Virus record (IMG/VR): IMGVR_UViG_3300040985_001469
Coordinates: 1 to 28,786 of that record
Reading direction: 5' to 3' (one strand)
Source: a virus
Lineage: Duplodnaviria > Caudoviricetes
DNA length: 28,786 nt
Under the pieces are notes generated by a model, which did no database searches, was not told the DNA's origin, and was given only the letters and a program-made list of their open reading frames with translations. The position numbers and the translations under genes are program-made. Shown here piece after piece: positions 7,925-15,924 of the stretch; the stretch's first letter is position 1, and each line of letters begins with the position of its first letter.

Positions 7925-9606
7925 GCGTGTTCCCCTAGGATTTCGGTGAGATGTGCATACATCGTAAGTGCATCATTTGTCAAGGGGTTCCACTCACCAC
8001 CCGACGCGTCTGACATCTTCTTCCACTGAACCATCCCAAACCCGGTGGAGAACGTGTACACGTATGCGCCGCCCAGCACCGAAACAATGTTGTCAGGCGT
8101 AATCTTCGGGATGCTGTACGACTGAGGGTGCTCGTCAGAGAAGACGATAATCACTCTATCCGCACCGCCTCGCCAGTCGATAGCCCACTCCCATGATGGG
8201 GGGTCGGATTCTGCAACGCTCCAGTTGAGTGGTATTGGGCCGATTAGGCAGAGGTAGATCGCATCTAAGATCATCTCTGTGCCGCCAGAGATTCCGCCGA
8301 CGAGAGAGCCGAAAGCCGTCCAGAAGTCAGTGAATCCGACTAGGTTGGACACGAGTTTCAAATTCTCACCTGGGGTAAACGGCGCCACGGCCACGCCCCA
8401 CTTGATGATGTCCTCGTCCTTGTACTGGTTCGCGAACATGGACAGCGCACCCATTACGGCGTTGATCTCCATATCCATAGAGCCAGACCAGTCGACGATG
8501 AACAGGATGTCAGTTGGGTTTAGCTCTTCCCCGAAGTCAGTATCACCATCGCAGTCGTCATCGACCCCGTTGCAGACTTCCTCAGTAGGCACAACCTGAC
8601 CCGCGCATGTGGACCATGAGCCCTCAAGGCACATTGTCGTTCCCGCAACGCACTCGCCAACACCATCGGTGCCATCAGGACCGCCATAGCAGTCACCTGT
8701 TATGTTTTCGTCGATATAGGAATCGCAGTCGTCGTCGAAATTGTTGCACTGCTCAGGCATGACCGTGCCGATCTCCGCGTCGCATGACGCTAGGTTCCCC
8801 TCGTGCCAACAGAAGGCCCAGCATTCTGTGAATGTGAAATCTGGCAGGCAGGTTCTATAGCCCTGGCCACACGTCAGCGGCTGCTCAGAACATGGGATGA
8901 GAACGCCAACCATGCTGGCCGTGCACCCACAATCCAGCCCCTCATCAACCAACCCATCACAGTCGTTGTCTATGAAGTCACACTCCTCGGCAACAGGCTG
9001 TGGCGCGTCGCAGAGCCACTGCCCGCTGTAGCACCCCTCAAGGCCCAGCCCGCATGCTGACTCGCATGGGCGGTAAAGGTCTTCGTCGATGGTGCCATCG
9101 CAGTCGTCGTCCAACCCATTGCAGATCTCTGGCGGCTCGTGCCCGCATGCGCCGCACAGGTTCTGCTGCCCCTCATCGACCTCGCCATCACAGTCGTTGT
9201 CCTTGTAGTCGCAAATCTCTTCCGTGCATTCAGTCTCACACTTGCCCTCCATGAGCCACCCCTTAGAGCAGTACACGTTAAGCTCGCCAGGAAGGCCATC
9301 CTCAGTGGTGCATGGCTTGCTTCCGAGGTTGGGGATGGCCGGGTTGCAGTCGAACTTCTGCTCGCACTCACCCTGCTCGACGATCACCCCAGTACAGGTG
9401 TCGATGACCATCTGCCGCTGCCATAGCTCATGCCACGGCGGGCACCACCAGAGTTGAGTTTGGACACATCCGTCGTCAGATGTTTCAAGAACCACGTCGG
9501 TGACGACGGCGACGTCTGGGATAGCGTCAGGTTCAGTCGCGGGGATTGGTTGTGGGGATGCTGAGCAGGCGGCCATGAGGAGAGCCACTATAAGCGATCG
9601 GATCAC
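7909..9606 (-). CDS. Cys-rich repeat lipoprotein with a C-terminal vWA domain
   Basis: Lipobox LLMAAC; five E-x-C-(D/N)-x2-D-(N/D)-D-C-D-x3-D repeats of the MopE-like/myxobacterial type; vWA MIDAS motif DWSGS...GGTE...FSDE. Confidence 0.85.
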   Translation of the reverse strand: MIRSLIVALLMAACSASPQPIPATEPDAIPDVAVVTDVVLETSDDGCVQTQLWWCPPWHELWQRQMVIDTCTGVIVEQGECEQKFDCNPAIPNLGSKPCTTEDGLPGELNVYCSKGWLMEGKCETECTEEICDYKDNDCDGEVDEGQQNLCGACGHEPPEICNGLDDDCDGTIDEDLYRPCESACGLGLEGCYSGQWLCDAPQPVAEECDFIDNDCDGLVDEGLDCGCTASMVGVLIPCSEQPLTCGQGYRTCLPDFTFTECWAFCWHEGNLASCDAEIGTVMPEQCNNFDDDCDSYIDENITGDCYGGPDGTDGVGECVAGTTMCLEGSWSTCAGQVVPTEEVCNGVDDDCDGDTDFGEELNPTDILFIVDWSGSMDMEINAVMGALSMFANQYKDEDIIKWGVAVAPFTPGENLKLVSNLVGFTDFWTAFGSLVGGISGGTEMILDAIYLCLIGPIPLNWSVAESDPPSWEWAIDWRGGADRVIIVFSDEHPQSYSIPKITPDNIVSVLGGAYVYTFSTGFGMVQWKKMSDASGGEWNPLTNDALTMYAHLTEILGEHACSTK

Positions 9607-10031
9607 TTCAACCTCTCATAACCAACGATCACTTCTATCTCCCCAGCCGTATACGCATCAACATTCACCACGTTCGAATCAAACGTCACCGTGACGCTAT
9701 CGCCAGCCGGCAGCACGGCATCTCCGAACCCATTCATAGCAGCGCCCTTGTCGTCAGGGCCCGTGCCGATATACCCCACCGCAACCGTAGAGTCGACCCT
9801 CACGCCAGCCTTGATGTATGCGTCAACGTCAGGCGTGCCATCTTCGCCAGCCCACAATTCCAGCCTCGCGGCTGCCCCATCATTGAATTGGGTGATGAGC
9901 TTGTAGAAGACGTGCTTGACACGGATGTCCTCGTTGGCCGTCAGGACGTCGAACTCCTGCCTCTGAGAAGCTGACGTCAGGCTTGAATGGGATAGCGAGA
10001 ACCTGTGCGTGAATGATGATGCGTATGGCAT
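9603..10031 (-). CDS. Hypothetical beta-rich protein, possibly virion-associated
   Basis: 142-aa ORF coupled to its neighbours, with alternating hydrophobic beta-strand patterns. Confidence 0.6.
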   Translation of the reverse strand: MPYASSFTHRFSLSHSSLTSASQRQEFDVLTANEDIRVKHVFYKLITQFNDGAAARLELWAGEDGTPDVDAYIKAGVRVDSTVAVGYIGTGPDDKGAAMNGFGDAVLPAGDSVTVTFDSNVVNVDAYTAGEIEVIVGYERLK

Positions 10032-10283
10032 CTAGGTGTAGATGTCGTTGCCGATGCGGAAGTCCACCACATGCCACGCAGGCTGCGGATCGTGCCCCTT
10101 GTTGATGCACAGGGCGTACACGTCCTGCTCATGCACCAAGCCCTCAACCTTCACTACGAACACCCCAGACCCCAGTCGGCCCTCAGTGGTGACGCGAGCC
10201 TTCTTGACGTTGTTGGGGAAACCGAAGTCGGTAAGCCTTGCGCTAACCTGCTTGACGATAGTGAGATCTGAATCTTTTGCCAT
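10032..10283 (-). CDS. Hypothetical protein
   Basis: Start MAKDSDL at 10283 preceded by AAGGAG. The longer track ORF would overlap the tRNA-like element. Confidence 0.65.
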   Translation of the reverse strand: MAKDSDLTIVKQVSARLTDFGFPNNVKKARVTTEGRLGSGVFVVKVEGLVHEQDVYALCINKGHDPQPAWHVVDFRIGNDIYT

Positions 10284-10307
10284 GGACCGCTCCTTGGTTA
10301 TGTGAGG

Positions 10308-10379
10308 ATCCGAGAGCGGGGTTCGAACCCGCGTCTTCCGCGCTAAAATCGCGGGCTCTGCCCATTGAGCTATCTCGGA
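10308..10379 (-). tRNA. Atypical tRNA or tRNA-like element, nominal Lys(UUU)
   Basis: TCCGAGA/TCTCGGA acceptor, GCTC/GAGC D stem, CCGCG-ATTTTAG-CGCGG anticodon arm, GCGGG-TTCGAAC-CCCGC T arm. Lacks nucleotide 26, has A32/G38 and U73, and no encoded CCA. Confidence 0.65.
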
Positions 10380-10414
10380 ATGTTTAAGCTGACTACCACG
10401 CCAGCCAGCGGCTG

Positions 10415-10705
10415 TCAAGCGGCGTTCTCCAACCTCTCCACGCGCCCCTCTAGCGCAGCGACATGCACCCTGATCTCTGTGGTGACGTTGCTGGTGGTCA
10501 TGTTGAACGTGTGAAGCTCTTCACGTAGTTGCTTAATCTCGACAGAGAGGTCTGATATCGCCGTGACGGCCGACTCGATCTTGTCGATCCGCCTGACCGA
10601 CGCCATGTACACACCGCCAGCGGCGATGACTATGGAGACGATCGTTCCAACAACCCAGGCCATGAAGCCCAGCGCACTAAACGTTACTACTGTTTCTGGG
10701 CCCAT
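10415..10705 (-). CDS. Small membrane protein with a coiled coil (holin-like architecture)
   Basis: N-terminal hydrophobic segment FMAWVVGTIVSIVIAAGGVYM followed by a heptad-rich region. Confidence 0.6.
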   Translation of the reverse strand: MGPETVVTFSALGFMAWVVGTIVSIVIAAGGVYMASVRRIDKIESAVTAISDLSVEIKQLREELHTFNMTTSNVTTEIRVHVAALEGRVERLENAA

Positions 10706-11034
10706 TCCATGGCCTCCTCTAGCGCGCTCACAAGCTCAGTATAACTCATCGGCTTGTTGATGTACATCTCACAGCACTCAACCGACTCGTCTCTTGGCAG
10801 GCCGCTTAGGATGATGGCCTTCATGCCAAGCTCTTCAGCTTCACACGTCAGCGACGAGGCATCTCCATCCCACAGGCCCCTGTCAAAAATCCCCACATCA
10901 TACCCCAGCGACTGCATCATCGCCTTGGATTCAGCTACGCTCCTAGCGCGTTGAGACTTGTAGCCCAGCCCCGACAGGGCGCGTTCGACCATGTATGCGT
11001 AGCTATCTGAATCTTCAGTGAGGAGGATTTTCAT
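10687..11034 (-). CDS. Single-domain response regulator (CheY-like receiver)
   Basis: MKILLTED acidic pocket, YDVGIFD phospho-acceptor Asp, IILSG conserved Ser and YINKP conserved Lys-Pro. Confidence 0.85.
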   Translation of the reverse strand: MKILLTEDSDSYAYMVERALSGLGYKSQRARSVAESKAMMQSLGYDVGIFDRGLWDGDASSLTCEAEELGMKAIILSGLPRDESVECCEMYINKPMSYTELVSALEEAMEWAQKQ

Positions 11035-11050
11035 GTTGAAATTTTGACAC

Positions 11051-11081
11051 AAAAAAACCCCGGGAGCAAATGCTCCCGGGG
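11051..11081 (-). terminator. Intrinsic terminator
   Basis: CCCCGGGAGCA-TT-TGCTCCCGGGG followed by T7 on the minus strand. Confidence 0.85.
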
Positions 11082-11114
11082 CGCAGTCGTACGTGGACCT
11101 TTAGTATCGACCGC

Positions 11115-11573
11115 TCATGACTTTGGCTGCATCCAACCGAACTGTTCGGCAGTCCTTTTCCTGTGACAGTTTGCGCACCGCACGTCACATTTATCAATTT
11201 CTGCCTTGACAGTATCCAGACAGTAGGCACCTTCAAGCCCCTTGGACACTTCGAATCTCTTCTCTGTAGGGCTCCTGTGATCGAACTCCAAAACTAACGG
11301 ATTGTCAGTTCCGCAGTCGACGCATTGGTTGCTTGACAGGTGGTTCCAGATGTAGTCCCTACATTCAGACTTGCGCTTGCCATGTGAAGCCCAGAACTTC
11401 TCCTGGTTTTTTGCATACCACTCGGAAGCAGCAGCGTTTGCGCACGTCTTGCACCTTGTCTGCTTTCCGTCTTTCGACTTAGAAAACTTGTGGAAATCAG
11501 TGAGCGGCTTTGCTTTGTGGCACTTTCTGCACTCTTTCACTTCCATGCCATCCGCCTCGGGCGGCCAACCCAT
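11115..11573 (-). CDS. HNH endonuclease with an N-terminal Zn-binding module
   Basis: CRKC...CKTC, then CVDC...LEFDH...CDVRCANCHRKRT. Start may be the internal M at 11546. Confidence 0.85.
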   Translation of the reverse strand: MGWPPEADGMEVKECRKCHKAKPLTDFHKFSKSKDGKQTRCKTCANAAASEWYAKNQEKFWASHGKRKSECRDYIWNHLSSNQCVDCGTDNPLVLEFDHRSPTEKRFEVSKGLEGAYCLDTVKAEIDKCDVRCANCHRKRTAEQFGWMQPKS

Positions 11574-11815
11574 CTACCAAGCTCAAATGCCGTCTTGATC
11601 CTGTGGCAGTTTGCACACCTAACGTCACACTTGGAGATTTCGTTCATCAGACATGAGTCTCGGACCCTTCCAATCATGTTAGATATACACTCCAACTTAT
11701 CAGCCCCTTCCCTATGATCGAAATCTAGCAATATGAAATCGTCTATTCCACAGTCTATGCATGAAATATCCCCTATCAATGATAAGTGGTGAAGTTTCTT
11801 TTCTTGGTACGACAT
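11537..11815 (-). CDS. HNH endonuclease domain protein, a short paralog of its neighbour
   Basis: CIDC...LDFDH...EISKCDVRCANCHRIKT. Confidence 0.75.
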   Translation of the reverse strand: MSYQEKKLHHLSLIGDISCIDCGIDDFILLDFDHREGADKLECISNMIGRVRDSCLMNEISKCDVRCANCHRIKTAFELGRWVGRPRRMAWK

Positions 11816-11824
11816 TCTAACCAC

Positions 11825-11853
11825 ACGATATCACCATGTGGTTAGAATGTCAA
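11825..11853 (-). promoter_or_regulatory. Sigma-70-type promoter inside a 15-bp inverted repeat
   Basis: TTGACA-N17-TATCGT; inverted repeat GACATTCTAACCACA at 11811-11825 and 11837-11851. Confidence 0.55.
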
Positions 11854-11865
11854 ATTTATCCTAGA

Positions 11866-12282
11866 TCAAAACGGCAAATCGGCATCAGGTGCCGCCGCCG
11901 GAGGAGGTGTATGGCCGCCACCGCCACCAGATCCGCCGTTCGCCTGACCACCCTTGTCACCCAGGAAGGTGAAGTTCTCAACCACGATCTCGGTGGTGTA
12001 CTTCTTCACACCATCCTTGTCGTCGTAGCTCCTGGTCTGGAGCCGTCCCTCGACGTAGATCTTCGAACCCTTGGTGCAATACTTGCAGATGATCTCGGCC
12101 TGCTTGCCCCAGGCCACTAGGCGGTGCCACTCGGTCTCATCGACCTGTTCACCATCCTTCTTCTTGAACTTCCGATTGGTCGCCAACGTGAAGTTGGCCA
12201 CGTCCTGGCCGCCGTTGGTCTGACGAGCCTCGGGGTCTTGACCGAAGTTGCCGATGAGGATTACCTTGTTAACGCTTGACAT
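11866..12282 (-). CDS. ssb: Single-stranded DNA-binding protein
   Basis: VNKVILIGN.G.DPE, TEWHR, GSKIYVEGRLQTRSY, Gly/Pro linker, C-terminal DLPF; AAGGAG RBS. Confidence 0.96.
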   Translation of the reverse strand: MSSVNKVILIGNFGQDPEARQTNGGQDVANFTLATNRKFKKKDGEQVDETEWHRLVAWGKQAEIICKYCTKGSKIYVEGRLQTRSYDDKDGVKKYTTEIVVENFTFLGDKGGQANGGSGGGGGHTPPPAAAPDADLPF

Positions 12283-12342
12283 AGTTAGCTCCTTACGCGA
12301 ATAGCTGCGTGACGTTCGTCGTCACGACCAGCAGTGAGAGAG

Positions 12343-12371
12343 GGTATACAACGTGATTTTTGGGTTGTCAA
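12343..12371 (-). promoter_or_regulatory. Sigma-70-type promoter for ssb
   Basis: TTGACA-N17-TATACC, followed by a leader hairpin CGTGACG/CGTCACG and the RBS. Confidence 0.6.
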
Positions 12372-12565
12372 ATCCTAGCTCCACATTCTTTGCATACGCT
12401 GGATTTAGGTTGGAATGGTGTCGGCGGATTCCACCTGAACCCCTGAAATTCTGGCGAGTTCAGGTACGCCTCCCACATGACACGCTCATCTTCAAGCTCT
12501 CTGATGTACGAGTTGATGGCGAGGTTCTTTAGGATCGTTGCTGCGGTCATCATCCCGGCCCACAC
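12368..12565 (-). CDS. Hypothetical protein with a C-terminal CxxC
   Basis: ORF in a chain of overlapping minus-strand genes; start uncertain. Confidence 0.55.
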   Translation of the reverse strand: MWAGMMTAATILKNLAINSYIRELEDERVMWEAYLNSPEFQGFRWNPPTPFQPKSSVCKECGARI

Positions 12566-12822
12566 AGCTTCGCTGTCGACCTGTCCATCATGTCCGGCTC
12601 TAGATCCTCAAGAGGTGGCGCCCCATGCCTGTAGACTTCGCCACCCTCCTGGTGCAGTACAATCTCACCTAACCTCAACCCTACACGCCACGTCCTTCCT
12701 GACTCGTCTGGGAGCGATAGCATGCCCGGCCGCCAGCGCTTATTTGGCAAGGTTTTCATGATGGTGTTCAGTATGTCCTCCATCCACCATTGGGCCAGTT
12801 CTTCACCGGACTTATCAGGCAT
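12550..12822 (-). CDS. Hypothetical protein
   Basis: Overlap-coupled ORF, 90 aa. Confidence 0.6.
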   Translation of the reverse strand: MPDKSGEELAQWWMEDILNTIMKTLPNKRWRPGMLSLPDESGRTWRVGLRLGEIVLHQEGGEVYRHGAPPLEDLEPDMMDRSTAKLCGPG

Positions 12823-13105
12823 GCATCACCGGCCCCATGGTGATAACTACACCATCCTCGATGGGGATCCATTCAATCGGAACCCCGGACACCATCAGAG
12901 GCGTGTGTGGACTAGATGCGGACATCGCATACAAGCTCTTTCGACAATGGTCCTGGTACATAGCGCCGTGCGATCCCTTACTCATGTAGAGCAGCGTTGG
13001 GTCTGAGTGTGCGTTGAGCATGTGTATGTCCATGGCCCGAACGATGCTCAAAACAGTCACCTCACTAAGGTGGTGGCAGATCATGTGGTGGGGTTGGTCG
13101 GTCAT
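12815..13105 (-). CDS. Hypothetical protein
   Basis: Overlap-coupled ORF, 96 aa. Confidence 0.6.
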   Translation of the reverse strand: MTDQPHHMICHHLSEVTVLSIVRAMDIHMLNAHSDPTLLYMSKGSHGAMYQDHCRKSLYAMSASSPHTPLMVSGVPIEWIPIEDGVVITMGPVMHA

Positions 13106-13338
13106 AGCTTAGCCTTCTCGATAACGTCGCAGACCTGAGAGTGAACATCCCAGTCATCGATCCAGTCGACAGCCGCCTCCAGGGCTGCCAGCATCTCTGG
13201 TGCCGCCGCAACCATCGCGTCGTCTGGATGCGACGACTGCACGCTCCTGAACAGGAACTCACCATCCGCGTCGAGGATGGCGTCCTCGATTTCGCAGTGC
13301 CTCCATGGGGCTGGCGATCGCTTGTCGAACCTACTCAC
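13102..13338 (-). CDS. Conserved small phage protein (PW...AAAPEMLAAL family)
   Basis: Signature SPAPW...DAMVAAAPEMLAALE, common in phages; AGGAGG RBS. Confidence 0.7.
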   Translation of the reverse strand: MSRFDKRSPAPWRHCEIEDAILDADGEFLFRSVQSSHPDDAMVAAAPEMLAALEAAVDWIDDWDVHSQVCDVIEKAKL

Positions 13339-13601
13339 CGCATCCTCCTGCCAACATACCCAGCGGTTATCACCTGACCACCATCAAGGGGCATGATGTG
13401 AACTGCCACCCCCGACATCTCAGTCACGTCACCCTTCCACCCCACAGCCTCGGTGAGGCTGTCCATTAGCGTGCGGCTTATGTAGATCTCTGCCGCTGGT
13501 TGGCCGGTGATGTTGGTGTGGACTGAGAGTATGTGGTCGATTGAAGCGAATCCATTTTCGGCGATTTGGTGGTAGATTGCGTGGGCTGGTAGGTTAGTCA
13601 T
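13335..13601 (-). CDS. Hypothetical protein
   Basis: Overlap-coupled ORF, 88 aa. Confidence 0.6.
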   Translation of the reverse strand: MTNLPAHAIYHQIAENGFASIDHILSVHTNITGQPAAEIYISRTLMDSLTEAVGWKGDVTEMSGVAVHIMPLDGGQVITAGYVGRRMR

Positions 13602-13773
13602 TACTCACTACCCCGGCGCCGTTACACCCATAGCAGGGTTCAGCACCATATCCCGGGGACTTGTACTCACCTGACCCTTCGCACACCTCACACAGCTTGG
13701 CGATTTTTGACATGATCAGCACCTTTGCCATGGCGTTGAGCCTGCTCTCCATCAGTTCTAGCTGGCCACTCAT
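13594..13773 (-). CDS. Small DnaJ-type zinc-finger protein (59 aa, below the ORF-track cutoff)
   Basis: MSGQLELMES...CEVCEGSG...CYGCNGAG with two CxxCxGxG motifs; fills the gap between its neighbours. Confidence 0.7.
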   Translation of the reverse strand: MSGQLELMESRLNAMAKVLIMSKIAKLCEVCEGSGEYKSPGYGAEPCYGCNGAGVVSND

Positions 13774-14147
13774 CCCAACACAGCCAGCGCCAGCTTCCCA
13801 ATCGCCTCACCATACGTCTTTCCGCTCACGTAATCCACCCCGTTCCCGCGACTGAAAATCACCCGGCACTCGTCCGGCATGATGTTCGTCATGATTGGGC
13901 CCATCACCCCCTCAATCTGCTTCTTGATGATCTCAACGGTTGCAGGTTCGGATAGGTCGGGTATCTCGTCGGGCTTGACTTCAGACACACCCTCAGCCGT
14001 TGCCGCGAAAGGCATGGCGCCAGTCTGAACTACCACCCTCCTGTTACCCTGAATATCCCGCACTCTCATGCCGGACTTCCACTCCCAGAATTCGCTCTCT
14101 CCATTGCATAGCTCCATCGATAGTGCTGACTCTAGTTCAGTCATCAT
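13770..14147 (-). CDS. Hypothetical protein
   Basis: Likely start MMTELES; contains WKSGM and PDLSEPAT segments. Confidence 0.6.
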   Translation of the reverse strand: MMTELESALSMELCNGESEFWEWKSGMRVRDIQGNRRVVVQTGAMPFAATAEGVSEVKPDEIPDLSEPATVEIIKKQIEGVMGPIMTNIMPDECRVIFSRGNGVDYVSGKTYGEAIGKLALAVLG

Positions 14148-14376
14148 TACCCCAAACCTCCAAAACCCTCTTAGCCGCCGCAAGCTGTAGTGTGCTGCCG
14201 GTAGCTCCGTCAACACTCCATATCGTACCAATCCACCCGTTGTAGATCTTGGTGATCTTTATGGTTGGACATTCATCATTTAGGATGTCTAGCAGTATGC
14301 CGAGCGCCCTATGCCCATCAAGGCGCACCATCCCGTAGTTCCACTTTGGGTGTGTCTCCAGGCGCTTTTCAAGCAT
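14137..14376 (-). CDS. Hypothetical protein
   Basis: Overlap-coupled ORF. Confidence 0.6.
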   Translation of the reverse strand: MLEKRLETHPKWNYGMVRLDGHRALGILLDILNDECPTIKITKIYNGWIGTIWSVDGATGSTLQLAAAKRVLEVWGNDD

Positions 14377-14680
14377 GTAGCGCCTCCAGTTGAGTCTTCT
14401 GCCAGCACTCCATCAGGATTCTTGGCATGACTGACTCCGCATCTTTCACCTCTATTCTGGAGGTAAACATCGCCTCAAGGAAGTCGTATGCGAACTGCTT
14501 CGCGTCGTCGTCCGTGTCCCAATGGCCTGGAAATGTCATGTCGTGGACGCCAATACAGAAGGCTATCCTGGCGAATGGATTTTTCTCACCCCTCCACACC
14601 GTGTCACTCCTGGTGATGATGATCTCAATGTCGCCCACGTAAGCCCTGTGGCTACCGCCCATTTCAGTCCACTCAATCAT
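14369..14680 (-). CDS. Hypothetical protein
   Basis: Overlap-coupled ORF. Confidence 0.6.
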   Translation of the reverse strand: MIEWTEMGGSHRAYVGDIEIIITRSDTVWRGEKNPFARIAFCIGVHDMTFPGHWDTDDDAKQFAYDFLEAMFTSRIEVKDAESVMPRILMECWQKTQLEALHA

Positions 14681-14906
14681 TCATCAACTCCGCACACGCC
14701 ATTGAAACGTCAGCTAGGTGGTGGGAGAACTTTTCAATCATGAAGTCTTCCATGCTTTCGATAGATCCATCCATCATATGGGTCAACTCCACATCCATAA
14801 CGTCGCATTCGTAGACGCTTATCGACCCGTACACGTCGACTTTACCGTCAGACCAATCGATCTCTTCGATAACTATTCTGTACGAACCTATGTACATCTT
14901 GGACAT
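14673..14906 (-). CDS. Hypothetical acidic protein
   Basis: Likely start MSKMYIG; the longer track ORF overlaps the upstream gene. Confidence 0.55.
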   Translation of the reverse strand: MSKMYIGSYRIVIEEIDWSDGKVDVYGSISVYECDVMDVELTHMMDGSIESMEDFMIEKFSHHLADVSMACAELMND

Positions 14907-14946
14907 AACGCTACCGTTACCGCCAACTGGCCTCAGCTTGCTTACG

Positions 14947-15189
14947 TTAAGCACCGAGAAACCACTCGGCCCACATCTCAAACCTATCCCTCTCAAGAGC
15001 GTACGTGTCAGCCTCGCCATCACTCCACTCAACGTAGATGTGGTTCCCAAGCTCACCGAAGAGTAGCTCAAGAGCCTTGCCATTGCTGCTCCATCGGACG
15101 ACCTGATCGCCATCCTCTTCGAACTCCTGATACCGGCCAAGCTCACTCACGTACTCTGAATTGCTGGCCATGAACGCCTTCTTATACAT
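14947..15189 (-). CDS. Hypothetical acidic protein
   Basis: Likely start MYKKAF after GGAGG. Confidence 0.6.
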   Translation of the reverse strand: MYKKAFMASNSEYVSELGRYQEFEEDGDQVVRWSSNGKALELLFGELGNHIYVEWSDGEADTYALERDRFEMWAEWFLGA

Positions 15190-15742
15190 CGTCGATTTCC
15201 TCCACGTCGGGTAGTGGCCCGACAACTTTCTCGCCAAGGATGTTCATGCCTGCGGCCCTGAACACTGAAGATGAGAGGTCCTTAGCATTGATGAACGTGT
15301 TCGTCAACCCGCCGACCTGAGTCTCTGCGCCGTCAGGGCTCCAGATCCTCCACCTGTACAGGCCCTTGCTCTTGGGCCAGATCTGCGAAGCCCGATGCCC
15401 CGTCTCCAGCCACACCCTGCACACGCCTTCACGGACGTCTGGAAGGTACTGCCAGGGACCTACGGTGTAGGAGTTGACCATCGGCATGCCTTCGTACGTT
15501 GTCGGTGGAACTGCCCCCCTGTCGACAAATTCGCCGGTCTGCTTGTTGACGTCGATGACGCGAGCGTCGGCCGTGACCAACCTCTCCCATCCCGCGCCTG
15601 GAAGTTCCGCGATTGGGTCGTGCTTATCCCACAGGGATATCCACCAGAAACGGAGCCTCTGCATCCATTGCCTCATGTGGGCTGCTGCGCGCTTCAAAAT
15701 AGCTCTCCATTCCGCCCAACTATGCTCTTTTTGTCGTCCCAT
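15182..15742 (-). CDS. Hypothetical Trp-rich protein
   Basis: 186-aa ORF with a GGAGG RBS. Confidence 0.65.
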   Translation of the reverse strand: MGRQKEHSWAEWRAILKRAAAHMRQWMQRLRFWWISLWDKHDPIAELPGAGWERLVTADARVIDVNKQTGEFVDRGAVPPTTYEGMPMVNSYTVGPWQYLPDVREGVCRVWLETGHRASQIWPKSKGLYRWRIWSPDGAETQVGGLTNTFINAKDLSSSVFRAAGMNILGEKVVGPLPDVEEIDDV

Positions 15743-15924
15743 ATGACCTCCAATCCGGGTATCTTCCGCTTCTTTTTCATGCCAATCCGACTACCACAGG
15801 CCCTGCATTTCTCGTAATAGACGCTGCCAACCTGTATTTGGGCCCTGTATCGGCCCTCATGTGGACAGCCTTTAGTTCTTCCGAGCATTTGAGACATCTC
15901 TTGTAGGAGTTTTAGATAATCCAT
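15694..15924 (-). CDS. Small basic protein with Cys/His (CPH...CRAC)
   Basis: Overlap-coupled ORF; possible Zn ribbon. Confidence 0.55.
   Translation of the reverse strand: MDYLKLLQEMSQMLGRTKGCPHEGRYRAQIQVGSVYYEKCRACGSRIGMKKKRKIPGLEVIWDDKKSIVGRNGELF

Noticed and set aside
10308-10379. Ochre suppressor (UUA) and stop-codon recoding
   Set aside because: The UUA register breaks the anticodon stem. TAA, TAG and TGA all end well-defined genes in the window, and conserved genes are uninterrupted in the standard code.
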